DNA of 64,000 bases from an uncultured Planctomycetota bacterium. GTDB lineage: Bacteria > Planctomycetota > Planctomycetia > Pirellulales > Lacipirellulaceae. Positions within the stretch are counted from its first letter, which is position 1. Every line of letters starts with the position of its first letter. Under the pieces are notes generated by a model. It saw nothing but the letters and a program-made list of their open reading frames with translations. It did not search any database and was not told the DNA's origin. Shown here piece after piece: positions 62,286-64,000 of the stretch. The stretch lies in NCBI GenBank assembly GCA_963719315.1, contig CAVRBU010000003.1, positions 320,001-384,000 on the forward strand. Direction: 5' to 3'. A program made the translations under genes and the position numbers.

Positions 62286-64000
62286 TTGGCCGTAAAGCGT
62301 TCCAAGAAGTCGACGAAGCGGAGTTCAACTACGTCCGCCAAAGGCAAGAAGGTCGCAAAATCGACCCGCCAGCCGCGCCGCGCCGCCGCGCCCAGTGTGA
62401 ATGGAGATGGCGACGAAGCAGCAGACGTTTCGGAATCGGAGGATCGCGCGGGGTCCAACGGCGAAGCGGGTGCCGGATCAAGCGTCGTGTCGCCGAAGCG
62501 GCGGGCGACCGCGCAGTCGATGGCGGCGAAGCAGCGCGACATCAGCGTCAGCGAATTCTTCGCCAAGAACCGGCACCTCTTGGGCTTCGATAACCCGCGG
62601 AAGGCGCTGCTCACGACGGTCAAGGAAGCGGTCGACAACTCGCTCGACGCTTGCGAAGAGGCCGGCATTCTGCCGGAGATTTGGGTCCACATCGAAGCCA
62701 CGGGCAGCGACCGCTTCAAAGTCGGCGTGCAGGATAACGGCCCCGGCATTCTCAAAAAGCAAATCCCGCTGATTTTCGGCAAGTTGCTGTACGGCTCGAA
62801 GTTTCATCGGCTGCGGCAAAGCCGTGGGCAGCAAGGCATCGGCATCAGCGCGGCCGGCATGTACGGCGTGCAAACGACCGGCAAGCCAGTGAAAATCATC
62901 TCCAAAGTCGGCGCCAACAAGCCGGCCCACTACTACGAAATCCAGATCGACACCAAGAAAAACGAGCCGCAGATTCTCAATGGTCGCGGCGAAGGTGTCG
63001 ATGTTCCGGCCGGCAAGAAGGGCGAAGAAGCGATCAAGAAGCACGAGATCGAATGGGTCGATCAACCGCACGGCACGCGCGTGACGATCGAGCTGCAAGC
63101 CAAATTCGTGCGTGGACGCGGCAGCGTGGACGAGTACCTCGAACAGACGGCGATCGCGAACCCGCACATCGCGCTGCATTACAAAGATCCCGACAACGAC
63201 ACTCGCGATTATCTGCGGTCGGCCGACAAATTGCCGCCAGAGCCGAAAGAAATCAAGCCGCATCCGTATGGCGTCGAGCTGGGCCGGCTTATCACACTGC
63301 TGCACGACAACCCGAATTCGACGGTCGCTCAATTTCTGACGAGCACGTTTTCGCGCGTGAGTGGCCAAATTGCACGAAAGATTTGCAACACGGCGAAAAT
63401 CTCCACGCGTTCCAGCACGCGGCGGATCGGCCGCAAAGAAGCCGACTCGCTGTTCCAAGCGATTCAGGCCACGCGAATCGCCGCGCCGGCGACCGATTGC
63501 ATCTCGCCGATCGGCGAGGAGTTGATTCTCAAAGGTCTCCACCAGGTGGTGCCGGGCGAGTTTTACGCCGCCGCCACGCGTCCGCCGGCCGTGTATCGCG
63601 GCAACCCGTTCCAGATCGAAGTCGGCATCGCGTACGGCGGGCAGGCCGCCATGCAACATGTGACGAAAGATTTGCTCGCTGAGCTCATCGAAGAGTCGGA
63701 CGCCCGGACAATCCGCCAGTTCTTGATTCACACGTTCAACGGCCTGGGCAGCGACGCGGCGGACCGGATTCTCAAGGAATCGGCGCTCGGCACGCGGCAA
63801 TCGCCGTCTAGCTTGAAACCGAAAGAGATCGAGAAACTGCTGGCGGCGATGAAAGGCGTAAACATTTCCGACGGCCAGACGATGGAAGTGCTGCGGTATG
63901 CCAACCGCGTACCGCTGCAATTCTCGCCGGCTAGCTGCGCGATCACGCAAACGATTCTCGGCACGAACTGGCGCAGCTACGGCCTCTCGCAATCGAGGGG
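62286..64000 (+). CDS. top6B: DNA topoisomerase VI subunit B, partial; runs off the window end
   Basis: Hand translation: [62 protein letters not shown]. Confidence 0.93.
   Translation, partial: MAVKRSKKSTKRSSTTSAKGKKVAKSTRQPRRAAAPSVNGDGDEAADVSESEDRAGSNGEAGAGSSVVSPKRRATAQSMAAKQRDISVSEFFAKNRHLLGFDNPRKALLTTVKEAVDNSLDACEEAGILPEIWVHIEATGSDRFKVGVQDNGPGILKKQIPLIFGKLLYGSKFHRLRQSRGQQGIGISAAGMYGVQTTGKPVKIISKVGANKPAHYYEIQIDTKKNEPQILNGRGEGVDVPAGKKGEEAIKKHEIEWVDQPHGTRVTIELQAKFVRGRGSVDEYLEQTAIANPHIALHYKDPDNDTRDYLRSADKLPPEPKEIKPHPYGVELGRLITLLHDNPNSTVAQFLTSTFSRVSGQIARKICNTAKISTRSSTRRIGRKEADSLFQAIQATRIAAPATDCISPIGEELILKGLHQVVPGEFYAAATRPPAVYRGNPFQIEVGIAYGGQAAMQHVTKDLLAELIEESDARTIRQFLIHTFNGLGSDAADRILKESALGTRQSPSSLKPKEIEKLLAAMKGVNISDGQTMEVLRYANRVPLQFSPASCAITQTILGTNWRSYGLSQSR

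Overview
A GC-rich bacterial chromosomal segment. Gene content points to a planctomycete, probably Pirellulales: DUF2617, a PEP-CTERM protein, a SYLF protein and bacterial topoisomerase VI B; this assignment is inference. It is mostly housekeeping genes (pyrE, rarA, glyA, P-II, thyA-folA-tag, efp/epmA/epmB, rlmN-like, lysA, infA, miaB, glnE, fmt-def, top6B). No rRNA, tRNA, CRISPR array, integrase or transposase was recognised. Points of interest: (1) a three-gene, ATPase-less secretion-like operon made of a GAF-HlyD fusion, a HlyD protein and a PqqD-like/site-2 protease/HlyD fusion, followed by an AsmA-like gene; (2) many families of intergenic palindromes, both GTAG-type REPs and hairpins whose arms are 7-9 nt tandem units, some of which supply stop codons or sit in-frame inside rarA, miaB and a DNA methyltransferase; (3) five small toxin-antitoxin-like modules placed behind core genes, three with a damaged toxin, including a possible HEPN-pseudokinase fusion; (4) a DNA MTase-GIY-YIG fusion; (5) a Top6B with a duplicated H2TH domain. 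About nine single-base frameshifts, mostly at short homopolymers, suggest consensus errors, so split genes should be treated cautiously. All family calls come from motif recognition by eye; no database search was run.
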